NCBI GenBank assembly: GCA_011043375.1
Contig: DQYP01000172.1
Span: 1-39,086 of the forward strand
Direction: 5' to 3'
DNA length: 39,086 nucleotides
DNA from: Thermotogaceae bacterium
GTDB taxonomy: Bacteria > Thermotogota > Thermotogae > B21-G9 > HyVt-16
The translations under genes were made by a program, and so were the position numbers. Under the pieces are notes generated by a model, which saw nothing but the letters and a program-made list of their open reading frames with translations, searched no databases and had not been told where the DNA came from. This document shows, piece by piece, positions 26,554 through 33,584 of this stretch (position 1 is its first letter; every line of letters starts with the position of its first letter).

Positions 26554-26692
26554 TACATTTAAAAATTAAAACTTTTAAGAATTAGAATTCTAATATAGTT
26601 ACCATTATCATAAGAAAAACGGAGATATAGCATCAGAAGATTTATAGTTTGCATGTTATACGATACAGAAAAAATACATTTAAAAATTAAAA
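26554..26692 (+). repeat. 18-nt direct repeat TACATTTAAAAATTAAAA
   Basis: Copies at 26554-26571 and 26675-26692, each preceded by an A-run. Confidence 0.75.
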
Positions 26693-26885
26693 TTTCATTA
26701 TAGTTATAACTACGAGAAGAGTACTATAGTATAACATCAGGGAATTTATGAATTCTATATTACACAGTTCATGATATAGAAAGCTGATATAGTAAAGTTG
26801 CTGTTATATAAGAGATATAACTGGCGTATAGAGAAAGGGATAATATGAGAGGCTCCTGTTATAGTTATAAGGCTCTATATAATTA

Positions 26886-26925
26886 TTCGGGTTTTTCTTA
26901 AATATTTCGGGTTTATTTCGGGTTT
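26886..26925 (+). repeat. three copies of TTCGGGTTT
   Basis: Copies start at 26886, 26906 and 26917. Confidence 0.7.
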
Positions 26926-26936
26926 ATATAATAAAA

Positions 26937-26958
26937 CAGCCCTCTTATAAGAGGGCTG
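26937..26958 (-). terminator. rho-independent terminator ending the long leftward operon
   Basis: Perfect palindrome CAGCCCTCTTATAAGAGGGCTG. On the minus strand it is followed by TTTTATT. Confidence 0.75.
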
Positions 26959-26976
26959 GGATATGAAATTATTTAT

Positions 26977-27462
26977 TTATAAACTTATAATTTGATTAGC
27001 TTCATCTATTAGTTTTCTTATCAAAAAGGGTTCTTTATTTGGTTTGAGGGATTTGATACTTTCAAATATTTCCTCCTCAGAAGAGCCAAATTCTCTCTTC
27101 ATAAAAAGAGCAGTCGTGATAATAGAAAGTTCACTAGTCGAAAATCTTCCATAATGTTTAACGATATCGAGAATTTCTTTATCTTCTTTTTCGGGGGGCT
27201 CTATTTCAGGAGAGAGGGGAATTAACTTGAGAAATTTATCATAGTATTCTTCGATCCAATTTAAAGATTTTGCGGTGTTTATAAACCAGTTCACTCTAAT
27301 CGATTTTGGCCCAAAATGATATAAGCTGTAATCCAGATCGATTCCAGAGATTGTTTCGTAGATATACATGAGATACATAAGCTTCTTAACAGAAATTTCT
27401 TTTAATTCTTTTACCAAGTAGTATACTATTTTAGCTCCTCTAAAGTCTGAAAATTTATTCAT
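26977..27462 (-). CDS. Panacea/DUF4065 (GepA/SocA-like) domain protein; possible antitoxin
   Basis: RBS AAAGGAGGA. The N-terminal half ..VKKLMYLMYIYETISGIDLDYSLYHFGPKSIRV.. matches the KLxKLLY...GP(V) pattern of the family as I recall it. Confidence 0.45.
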   Translation of the reverse strand: MNKFSDFRGAKIVYYLVKELKEISVKKLMYLMYIYETISGIDLDYSLYHFGPKSIRVNWFINTAKSLNWIEEYYDKFLKLIPLSPEIEPPEKEDKEILDIVKHYGRFSTSELSIITTALFMKREFGSSEEEIFESIKSLKPNKEPFLIRKLIDEANQIISL

Positions 27463-27531
27463 AGTTATTCCTCCTTTTAAAAAATGGGGTCATATTGAAC
27501 AAGCCATACCATTTCTCCTTCAGGGTAAACA

Positions 27532-27915
27532 CTATGTTATATCAAACCCCTGAAACACAAACTCTTTTTCGAATGTTAAACTTTCTTTTATCTTTTCTCT
27601 TTTATATCCTATTAAGGCGTTTTTTACGACTTCAGCGAGGTTTTGTAAGAACTCATCCAGAGAAAATCTTTCTATCTCTTCTTTGGTTTCTGGGTGCATT
27701 TCAAATCCGATTTTCAAATCATATCCATCATCTGGGTCATAAGACCAGTGATATGACCGGAAGCTGTGCTGGATTTCTCTTTTCACATACTCTCTCGCAT
27801 CCTCATCATACCCTCCAGGGAAACGAATGTTTGTAAAGATATAAATATCACCCTTCCATTCTCCAGAAAGATATTTCCACTCTCTGTAAAAAGAACCCTT
27901 TACTCTTATTTCCAT
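27532..27915 (-). CDS. hypothetical 127-aa protein (candidate partner or toxin of the Panacea-like gene)
   Basis: RBS AAAGGAGGGGAG. No recognisable motif. Confidence 0.6.
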   Translation of the reverse strand: MEIRVKGSFYREWKYLSGEWKGDIYIFTNIRFPGGYDEDAREYVKREIQHSFRSYHWSYDPDDGYDLKIGFEMHPETKEEIERFSLDEFLQNLAEVVKNALIGYKREKIKESLTFEKEFVFQGFDIT

Positions 27916-27998
27916 AGTCTCCCCTCCTTTTTATAAATGTCTTCATCCATCAAACGAGAGTTGTTTGTATAAACGTGTTTTAGAGCTCCTAGTTTCAT
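27906..27998 (-). CDS. 30-codon ORF
   Basis: ATG lies 5 nt after GAGGAGGTG. The 3' end overlaps the start of the 127-aa gene. Not in the supplied track because it is under 60 aa. Confidence 0.35.
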   Translation of the reverse strand: MKLGALKHVYTNNSRLMDEDIYKKEGRLWK

Positions 27999-28015
27999 AC
28001 TTACACCTCCTCAGT

Positions 28016-28180
28016 TCATTCTCTAAAGAATTTGCTCTGTATTGCTTTCAATTCTGCAACCATTATTATTAATTTATCTATTTCTTTGAAAGCCTCGAAA
28101 ACAAAGCTGTGTTCTAAGAGGCTTTCGATGTGAGAAATTTTATCCCGTATTTCCTCAAGGGCGCGATAAAGTTCATCCAT
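28016..28180 (-). CDS. 54-codon helical ORF immediately downstream of tnpB
   Basis: ATG 28180 lies 6 nt after GGGAGGTGA, which overlaps the tnpB stop. Translation is MDELYRALEEIRDKISHIESLLEH... The region could alternatively be omega RNA / IS right-end sequence. Confidence 0.35.
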   Translation of the reverse strand: MDELYRALEEIRDKISHIESLLEHSFVFEAFKEIDKLIIMVAELKAIQSKFFRE

Positions 28181-28185
28181 TTCAA

Positions 28186-29520
28186 TCACCTCCCAAACTT
28201 TTTATACCATATTTCTTGAGAATTGTCAAGATACTTTTCAATCCTTCTTAAAAGGTCAGCTACTCTCCCCCCTAAAGAAGGAGAGCTTGCTCTACCGGTT
28301 TGACCGGGAGCATTAGGCTGGCTGACAAGCAGCCCCTTTAGATTCTCTTCTTGGGTTTTTGAAAGCTCACGAAGTGCGATATTGATCGCTCCAACTATAT
28401 CTGCATGCTCTTTGTAACCACAGTTCTGACAAACAAATCTTTCTCCATGGTTGGGTCTGTTGTTTTTTGAAACGTACCCGCACACAGGACATGTTTGAGA
28501 GGTATAGCTTGGATCTACATATACAGCTTGAACTCCGTAGTATAAAGCTGCTTTGTATTCGATCTTCTTCTGGAGCGATGCAAAAGGCCATTGCTCAGCT
28601 TGCCGTCTTGCTTCTTTATCTTTGCCGCGATACGTAACGCGGTTGGAGCGAATCTGAGTCAGGTCTTCCAAGACAAACCTAGCCTGAGGATGGGATTCAA
28701 CCAGGGTTTTTGAAACGATGTGTAGCACGTTCTCGGTAAACCGTTTTTCCCGCCTGCTAAGCTTCTGGAGTTTTCGCTTAGCAGAGCGGGTGCCTTTGGA
28801 CATTAGCTCAGAGCGCAGGTTGTGATAACGTTGTTTTCTGCGTTTGACTTCCTCAGGCAGATTGACAAGATATTTCTTTCCGGTTGTTGAAGCAACAGCC
28901 ATGATATGTCTTTCGCCAACATCGACTCCGACGATTTCTTTGGGACGCCGCTCTTGAATTTCAAGAGTTACAGGAACCAAGAGAAAGAATGTCTTAGAAG
29001 AGCGATCATAACTGAGGATAGGATCACCGATTTTCCCTTGTCGCAGGTACTCATAATGCTTATTCCAACCGTAGATTCGTATCCACTTTAGACGGCCTTG
29101 CAGAGTTGAAATGGAAACGTAGATTTCGTTCCAGTTGGCAAATTTGAAAGATACAGTTCTGTTGTACGTGTATTTGGCGATTAGAGACTTTCGCTTTGGA
29201 GGCTTATCCCAAAATTTCTTAGTAGCTTTCGAATCTGGCTTTCTGCGTTTCAACTCTTTGAACTGAGCCCAAAGGGTTTTGTAGATCGCAGCGGCGTCTC
29301 TGTTAACGTTCACAGCAAGTTGAGCAGGAAGACCAAATCGCTCTCTGATAGTCACATAATATGCATGGTGTAGTTTCTTCACATTAGTGGTCTTATCAGA
29401 CAGGTTTTTAGACAGCACAAAGTTTACGGCTTCTGTATACGCTTCAGCCGTCTCAAACAATTGCCTCTTTTGCTCTTTTGTGGCGTCAAACTTGAATTTA
29501 AGCATAAGCACCTGTTTCAT
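28186..29520 (-). CDS. tnpB: TnpB (IS200/IS605-family OrfB, RuvC-like RNA-guided nuclease)
   Basis: Typical N-terminus MLKFKFDATKEQKRQL. RuvC triad candidates are GVDVGE, FVLEDL and HADIVGAINIA. Zinc ribbon CPVCG..CQNCG. The tracked ORF starts at TTG 29526 and ATG 29520 is preferred. Confidence 0.85.
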   Translation of the reverse strand: MKQVLMLKFKFDATKEQKRQLFETAEAYTEAVNFVLSKNLSDKTTNVKKLHHAYYVTIRERFGLPAQLAVNVNRDAAAIYKTLWAQFKELKRRKPDSKATKKFWDKPPKRKSLIAKYTYNRTVSFKFANWNEIYVSISTLQGRLKWIRIYGWNKHYEYLRQGKIGDPILSYDRSSKTFFLLVPVTLEIQERRPKEIVGVDVGERHIMAVASTTGKKYLVNLPEEVKRRKQRYHNLRSELMSKGTRSAKRKLQKLSRREKRFTENVLHIVSKTLVESHPQARFVLEDLTQIRSNRVTYRGKDKEARRQAEQWPFASLQKKIEYKAALYYGVQAVYVDPSYTSQTCPVCGYVSKNNRPNHGERFVCQNCGYKEHADIVGAINIALRELSKTQEENLKGLLVSQPNAPGQTGRASSPSLGGRVADLLRRIEKYLDNSQEIWYKKFGR

Positions 29521-29522
29521 CT

Positions 29523-29792
29523 TCAATCACCACTATATGAGATTATATTCCAGATAAAGAGATAGCCCCAGTATCCTGTATATAGTGCTTTTAGGTAAGA
29601 GAAAACTGGAAAATTAAATATCATTTGCAGTCCTATTACGCCGAATGGAACTACTATGAATGTTATAAAAAGATCTTGTGCTATTATTGACCATATTGGT
29701 GTTTTTAAAATAGCATATTTCATAACCTGCAGAGTTATAATCATGCGCAGCGCTAATACTACCCAGAAAGCTATCCAGAGAACTATCATCAT
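29523..29792 (-). CDS. small integral membrane protein (about 3 TM)
   Basis: RBS GAGGAGGTGA. Hydrophobic throughout. The stop overlaps the tnpB start region. Confidence 0.6.
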   Translation of the reverse strand: MMIVLWIAFWVVLALRMIITLQVMKYAILKTPIWSIIAQDLFITFIVVPFGVIGLQMIFNFPVFSYLKALYTGYWGYLFIWNIISYSGD

Positions 29793-29796
29793 ACTT

Positions 29797-30558
29797 TCAC
29801 CTCCTCAAGATTTTAACATTAGGATGGAAGGGAACATGAGTTTGTGTAAATGTGGTGATTTTAACTTCTTTTGCGTCTAATACAGCGGTAAGAGTCTTTA
29901 TGATGCGCTCTTTCTTTTTAAACACTTCCTCCTCTACTGTTTTGTCAATTTCTAAAACAATGTGCAATCCATTTGAGGGCGTAGAGACAGCATACACAAT
30001 ATTAGGAAAATAGAGATTTTCATAGACAAACTGTAATTGTTCAAGAGTAAGATTTTCATTAAAATCAATATCTATCATAACATATTTTGGTCTACCACTT
30101 CTCGCAGTGCTATGAACATAACTTTTCCATTTGCTTTGAAATTTCAATAATTCACTGACATCGTAGTTCTGATACATGAGTTTTTTAACATAATCGCTTA
30201 TAAGTCTTTTGGTGGCTTTTACAATATCTCTGGGTTCATAAACAAAGGTTAGTGAGATCGCTTTTGGAAATCTTTCAAAGAGTTCGCTGACAGTATATGG
30301 TTTGCCTTTGATCGATTTAATTCTGGTGTACTTATCATTCAGCACCGCCAGATGATTATTGATTTTACTTATGACATAATTCTCGCCCTTCTTAAAATCT
30401 GTATAATCTATCACAAAATGGGTTAATACTATCTCTCTGGCTGGAAAATCTGCTTCGGGGTAATACAATTTAATCCATTTCTTGCGCATAAGCAGCAGAA
30501 AATAAAAGCCTTCGTTTTCTTTTAAAGAAGGTAAGTATTTTAAAAATTCAAAATTCAT
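29797..30558 (-). CDS. hypothetical protein; possible archaeo-eukaryotic primase (AEP)-like fold
   Basis: ATG 30558 lies 8 nt after AAGGAGG. YVMIDIDFN (DxD-like) is followed 28 aa later by STPSNGLHIVL (sGxH-like), with about 33 aa between the Asp pair and the His. Weak call by eye only. Confidence 0.3.
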   Translation of the reverse strand: MNFEFLKYLPSLKENEGFYFLLLMRKKWIKLYYPEADFPAREIVLTHFVIDYTDFKKGENYVISKINNHLAVLNDKYTRIKSIKGKPYTVSELFERFPKAISLTFVYEPRDIVKATKRLISDYVKKLMYQNYDVSELLKFQSKWKSYVHSTARSGRPKYVMIDIDFNENLTLEQLQFVYENLYFPNIVYAVSTPSNGLHIVLEIDKTVEEEVFKKKERIIKTLTAVLDAKEVKITTFTQTHVPFHPNVKILRR

Positions 30559-30574
30559 TCTATACGCCTCCTTC

Positions 30575-31411
30575 TCAAAAGAGTTTTGATTGTAATTCTG
30601 CAATACGTTTCTTCGTTACCGCACAATATGCAGGGCTTAGTTCGATACCTATCCACTTTCTTCTCAGCTTCTCCGCCACCACCAATGTTGTTCCTGCACC
30701 GGCAAACATATCTAAAACGGTATCTCCGATCCACGAAAGCATTTTAATAAGACGATATGGAAGTTCTTCAGGAAACATTGCGGGGTGTCCAAATTGTTTC
30801 TGGCGTGTTTCCGGTGGAAACCTCCATAACGCAATAGAAAATTCAATAAACTCTTCTTTTGTTAGATCGCTGTCTCCTCGTTTTTGGAGTTTTCTTGTTT
30901 CTTTGGCAAACACAAGAATATGCTCAAAAGGTGTTGGAAAAGAGGGGGCAGCAGGAGAACAAAAACTACCCCAAGCCGCTCTGTTTCTTATTTGCATTTT
31001 GTCCCAAATTATGTGAGTGTACGGAATATAACCTATCTCTTTCATGAATTGGATAACATCGCTACTGGTGGGAACGGCGCCATTCTTACTATCTCCAATA
31101 TTGATACAAACTCTTCCACCTCTAGGAAGCAGGCGATATGTTTCTGCAAAAATTTCTTTCAACCATGCAATGTATTCATGATGTTCCCGATTATCGTTGT
31201 ACAAATCATACGGACGTTTGTGATATTTATTGTTTCCCAAATCAACATTATACGGCGGCGACGTAATCACTATATCTATTGATTCATCAAGAAAATCTTT
31301 TAGAATCTCCAACGCATCCCCTAAATACAATATACCTTTCTCTGTTTCAAAATATCTATTTTCGTTCGGAAAAATATTCTTCCAACTTATATTCTCACTC
31401 CTTTCTACCAC
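30575..31411 (-). CDS. DNA methyltransferase, N4-cytosine/N6-adenine beta-class (SPPY motif)
   Basis: Motif IV is VITSPPYN and motif I is FAGAGTT near the C-terminus, which is the beta-class order. The only in-frame start seen is GTG 31411, and it has no SD. Confidence 0.8.
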   Translation of the reverse strand: MVERSENISWKNIFPNENRYFETEKGILYLGDALEILKDFLDESIDIVITSPPYNVDLGNNKYHKRPYDLYNDNREHHEYIAWLKEIFAETYRLLPRGGRVCINIGDSKNGAVPTSSDVIQFMKEIGYIPYTHIIWDKMQIRNRAAWGSFCSPAAPSFPTPFEHILVFAKETRKLQKRGDSDLTKEEFIEFSIALWRFPPETRQKQFGHPAMFPEELPYRLIKMLSWIGDTVLDMFAGAGTTLVVAEKLRRKWIGIELSPAYCAVTKKRIAELQSKLF

Positions 31412-31413
31412 TT

Positions 31414-31447
31414 TGGTAGAATTCTGGTAGAATTACTTGGTAGAATT
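31414..31447. repeat. three tandem copies of TGGTAGAATT at the XRE-gene/methylase junction
   Basis: Copies start at 31414, 31425 and 31438. Confidence 0.75.
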
Positions 31448-32008
31448 TTCAAACAGCTTATCCAGCTCTTCTTTTAGCTCAGGTGGAAGTTGAACACAGC
31501 GAAAACTATCCGTTTGAAGTTCTTTGCCATCAAAATAAGCCTCTATAAACTGTTGCGTGGGATCATATTCTTGGGCCTTAGATTGGTCTATAAGAACTTT
31601 GCCATGGTATTTGTCTTTTAGCAACGCTTCTATGGTGGGTTTCATTTCGTAAGCAAAGTAATGAGTTTTGATTTTGATAACTTTCAGACCTTTATAGTCT
31701 TTAATATCGACGAATTCTGGATAATATTTCTGCTCAAATTCCAGTCTAGGTTGCAAACCCAATTTGCTAAATATTTTTGCAATTTCGCTTATTTTAAGGT
31801 CGTATTCGCCTTCTTCAATTGCTTGGTAGGTTTTCAAATCAATTTCAAGATATTTTGCCATATCTTCTTGCGTGAGATCATATCTTTTTCTATAAGCCAT
31901 CAATTGCCCGCCTATTTGTGCTTTAAGAGAGATGAGGTATTCGTATTCTAAAGACAATTTTGCTCCAAGATCACGCATAAGTTCGAAGACGTTTGAATAA
32001 ACCTTCAT
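31433..32008 (-). CDS. XRE-family helix-turn-helix protein with C-terminal extension
   Basis: The HTH_3-like segment is YRKRYDLTQEDMAKYLEIDLKTYQAIEEGE..ISEIAKIFSKLG. Confidence 0.7.
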   Translation of the reverse strand: MKVYSNVFELMRDLGAKLSLEYEYLISLKAQIGGQLMAYRKRYDLTQEDMAKYLEIDLKTYQAIEEGEYDLKISEIAKIFSKLGLQPRLEFEQKYYPEFVDIKDYKGLKVIKIKTHYFAYEMKPTIEALLKDKYHGKVLIDQSKAQEYDPTQQFIEAYFDGKELQTDSFRCVQLPPELKEELDKLFENSTK

Positions 32009-32018
32009 AATTTCACCC

Positions 32019-32303
32019 CTATTCTATCCAACCGTCATAAATCCAAATTTCCCCTTCTGGTGTGATTATGATTGGGTTATCCACCTCTCTGATCAGTTCT
32101 AACAAATCCTCTAACGTGTTTATTGTAATGAAATATTTGTTTTTCTCGAAGGGGTAATATGGTTTTCGAGAGGCTTTCTTTTCGATTTGAAACTTTTTAA
32201 GTTTCTCAAAATAAATCTCTTCCATTGCATTTTCTGCTTCAGGGAACGTGAAACCAGGCCCAGGAGCGTGTTTATCGTGTGCTGATAATATTTGGAACTT
32301 CAT
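32019..32303 (-). CDS. hypothetical protein
   Basis: ATGA overlap with the upstream gene. Confidence 0.6.
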   Translation of the reverse strand: MKFQILSAHDKHAPGPGFTFPEAENAMEEIYFEKLKKFQIEKKASRKPYYPFEKNKYFITINTLEDLLELIREVDNPIIITPEGEIWIYDGWIE

Positions 32304-32614
32304 TTTTCTTCCTCCCTTCTTTCAAGAATCTCATTAAATAATTCCCTTGCTGAAACCTTGTTTTCTGCCCATTTACCAGCCATTTCCCAATAGTATGGCC
32401 CCAGTAAATAAACTGTTTCCGTATCTGTTATTACCATACCGAAATCTTTCGCTATATAGTATCCATGGCACTCATAAACTTCACCCTTAAGCTGCACAGG
32501 CTTATCGGCTTTATACATTAGGCAAACTTTTATTCTGTCTGGTAATTCGTCAAAGAATCTTGATACTACTTCAGGTATCTCAAGCACATCAACCCACTTC
32601 TCACCTATTTTCAT
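32300..32614 (-). CDS. hypothetical protein
   Basis: ATG 32614 lies 8 nt after GGGAGGGG. The tracked start at 32644 lies inside the upstream gene. Confidence 0.55.
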   Translation of the reverse strand: MKIGEKWVDVLEIPEVVSRFFDELPDRIKVCLMYKADKPVQLKGEVYECHGYYIAKDFGMVITDTETVYLLGPYYWEMAGKWAENKVSARELFNEILERREEEK

Positions 32615-32630
32615 TTTCTTTACCCCTCCC

Positions 32631-33182
32631 TTATTCTGTCTCATCTATACTTTTTAAAAGCTGTTCTGCGGCTTTTGTGTACGGTTTGTAATACCGTAAC
32701 GCTTTAGCAAGCTCGTTCACATCGACTATGATATATGAACCAGAATCTTTGTCATAGCAAACTCTTACATAGAAAGTCTTTGGCCAGAATGGGTATTTAA
32801 CTTTTTGACGACTTGTTATACCATTCACTTCTCCTGTAAAAGCAGTTCCAGATTCATCAACCCAAACTATGGCGTTGTTATAATAAACCGTATCTCCATC
32901 TTTAAAGAGAGCTGAACAGCGTCTGCTTTGATATTTGTTTTCGCCAATTTTCTCCCATTCTTCTTCACCTTGATAAATAGGGGCCAGAGGCATCTTCAAG
33001 AGGCGATTTTCAACCAACTTGGCTATTTTTGGTGCAAACCAGTGCGCAGTGAAACCAGAATGAAGCTGTTTATCAAAAATTGCTTTCATTCTTTCAATAA
33101 CTCCGATAAAGTCTTCATACACTTTCCACTCGTCTTCAGAAACATGCTTTTTAAGATATTCCCATTCCGTCACACCCAACAC
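32631..33182 (-). CDS. hypothetical protein (start TTG 33182 or GTG 33173)
   Basis: RBS GGGAGG immediately upstream. Confidence 0.55.
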   Translation of the reverse strand: MLGVTEWEYLKKHVSEDEWKVYEDFIGVIERMKAIFDKQLHSGFTAHWFAPKIAKLVENRLLKMPLAPIYQGEEEWEKIGENKYQSRRCSALFKDGDTVYYNNAIVWVDESGTAFTGEVNGITSRQKVKYPFWPKTFYVRVCYDKDSGSYIIVDVNELAKALRYYKPYTKAAEQLLKSIDETE

Positions 33183-33265
33183 CTCCCATTATTCTGATTC
33201 CTCAAAAAGCTTTGAAATTTCAGCGCGTTTTCGTTCTTCTCGATCTTTTAACTGTTTTGCGAATT

Positions 33266-33484
33266 TCAACCCCCCCAATAATCTTCGCTTTTGTGTTCTA
33301 CCATTGCTTCTATTATATAAAAAGGTGTGATGTGTTTTTCTTTATATAAACGTTTACAAGCCTGATAAAATTTCTCATCTTTTAAAAGTTTTTCTGCAAG
33401 CGAATTAGCTAAAGCATACTTCCATTCAACATCAAAAAACATATCTTCTATTTCATCTGCATTTAAGTAATGAAACACAGCCAT
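33266..33484 (-). CDS. hypothetical protein
   Basis: RBS AAGGAGGTG. Starts 20 nt downstream of the tRNA 3' end. Confidence 0.6.
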   Translation of the reverse strand: MAVFHYLNADEIEDMFFDVEWKYALANSLAEKLLKDEKFYQACKRLYKEKHITPFYIIEAMVEHKSEDYWGG

Positions 33485-33504
33485 TCCAACACCTCCTTAT
33501 ATTC

Positions 33505-33584
33505 TGGCAGGGGCGGTGGGATTCGAACCCACGTTAGCCTTCGGGGTAGAAACCCGATGCTCGATCCAGCTGAGCTACGCCCCT
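33505..33584 (-). tRNA. tRNA-Arg (anticodon UCU) with encoded CCA and an unusually long 8-nt variable loop
   Basis: Manual fold on the minus strand: acceptor AGGGGCG/CGCCCCT, D arm GCTC-AGCTGGATC-GAGC, anticodon arm TCGGG-TTTCTAC-CCCGA, variable AGGCTAAC, T arm GTGGG-TTCGAAT-CCCAC, discriminator G, CCA. Confidence 0.8.

Larger units (their letters stand above)
25805..26936. other. about 1.1 kb AT-rich non-coding region with iterons, tandem repeats and palindromes (origin-like or partition-site-like)
   Basis: No ORF of 60 aa or more on either strand. Multiple repeat families are described under the repeat features and findings. Confidence 0.5.

Noticed and set aside
27495-27836. 113-aa plus-strand ORF
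   Set aside because: It lies antisense to the well-supported 127-aa minus-strand gene, has no RBS, and has an odd Leu/Phe/His-rich composition.
28186-29520. TnpB as a nuclease-dead TldR-type repressor
   Set aside because: Candidate RuvC Asp/Glu/Asp residues and the zinc ribbon all appear intact, so there is no sequence basis for calling it inactive.
30884-31282. 132-aa and 62-aa plus-strand ORFs
   Set aside because: They lie antisense to the methyltransferase gene, whose motifs fix the coding strand.
33186-33265. 25-codon minus-strand ORF (TTG start overlapping the upstream stop) in the gap between 33266..33484 and 32631..33182
   Set aside because: It is very short. The only SD-like G-run directly abuts the start codon, and there is no supporting similarity.
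33505-33584. The tRNA gene as a prophage attachment site or genome end
   Set aside because: The tRNA is complete and co-oriented inside an operon, 20 nt from the next start codon. No integrase or duplicated tRNA fragment is visible in the window.
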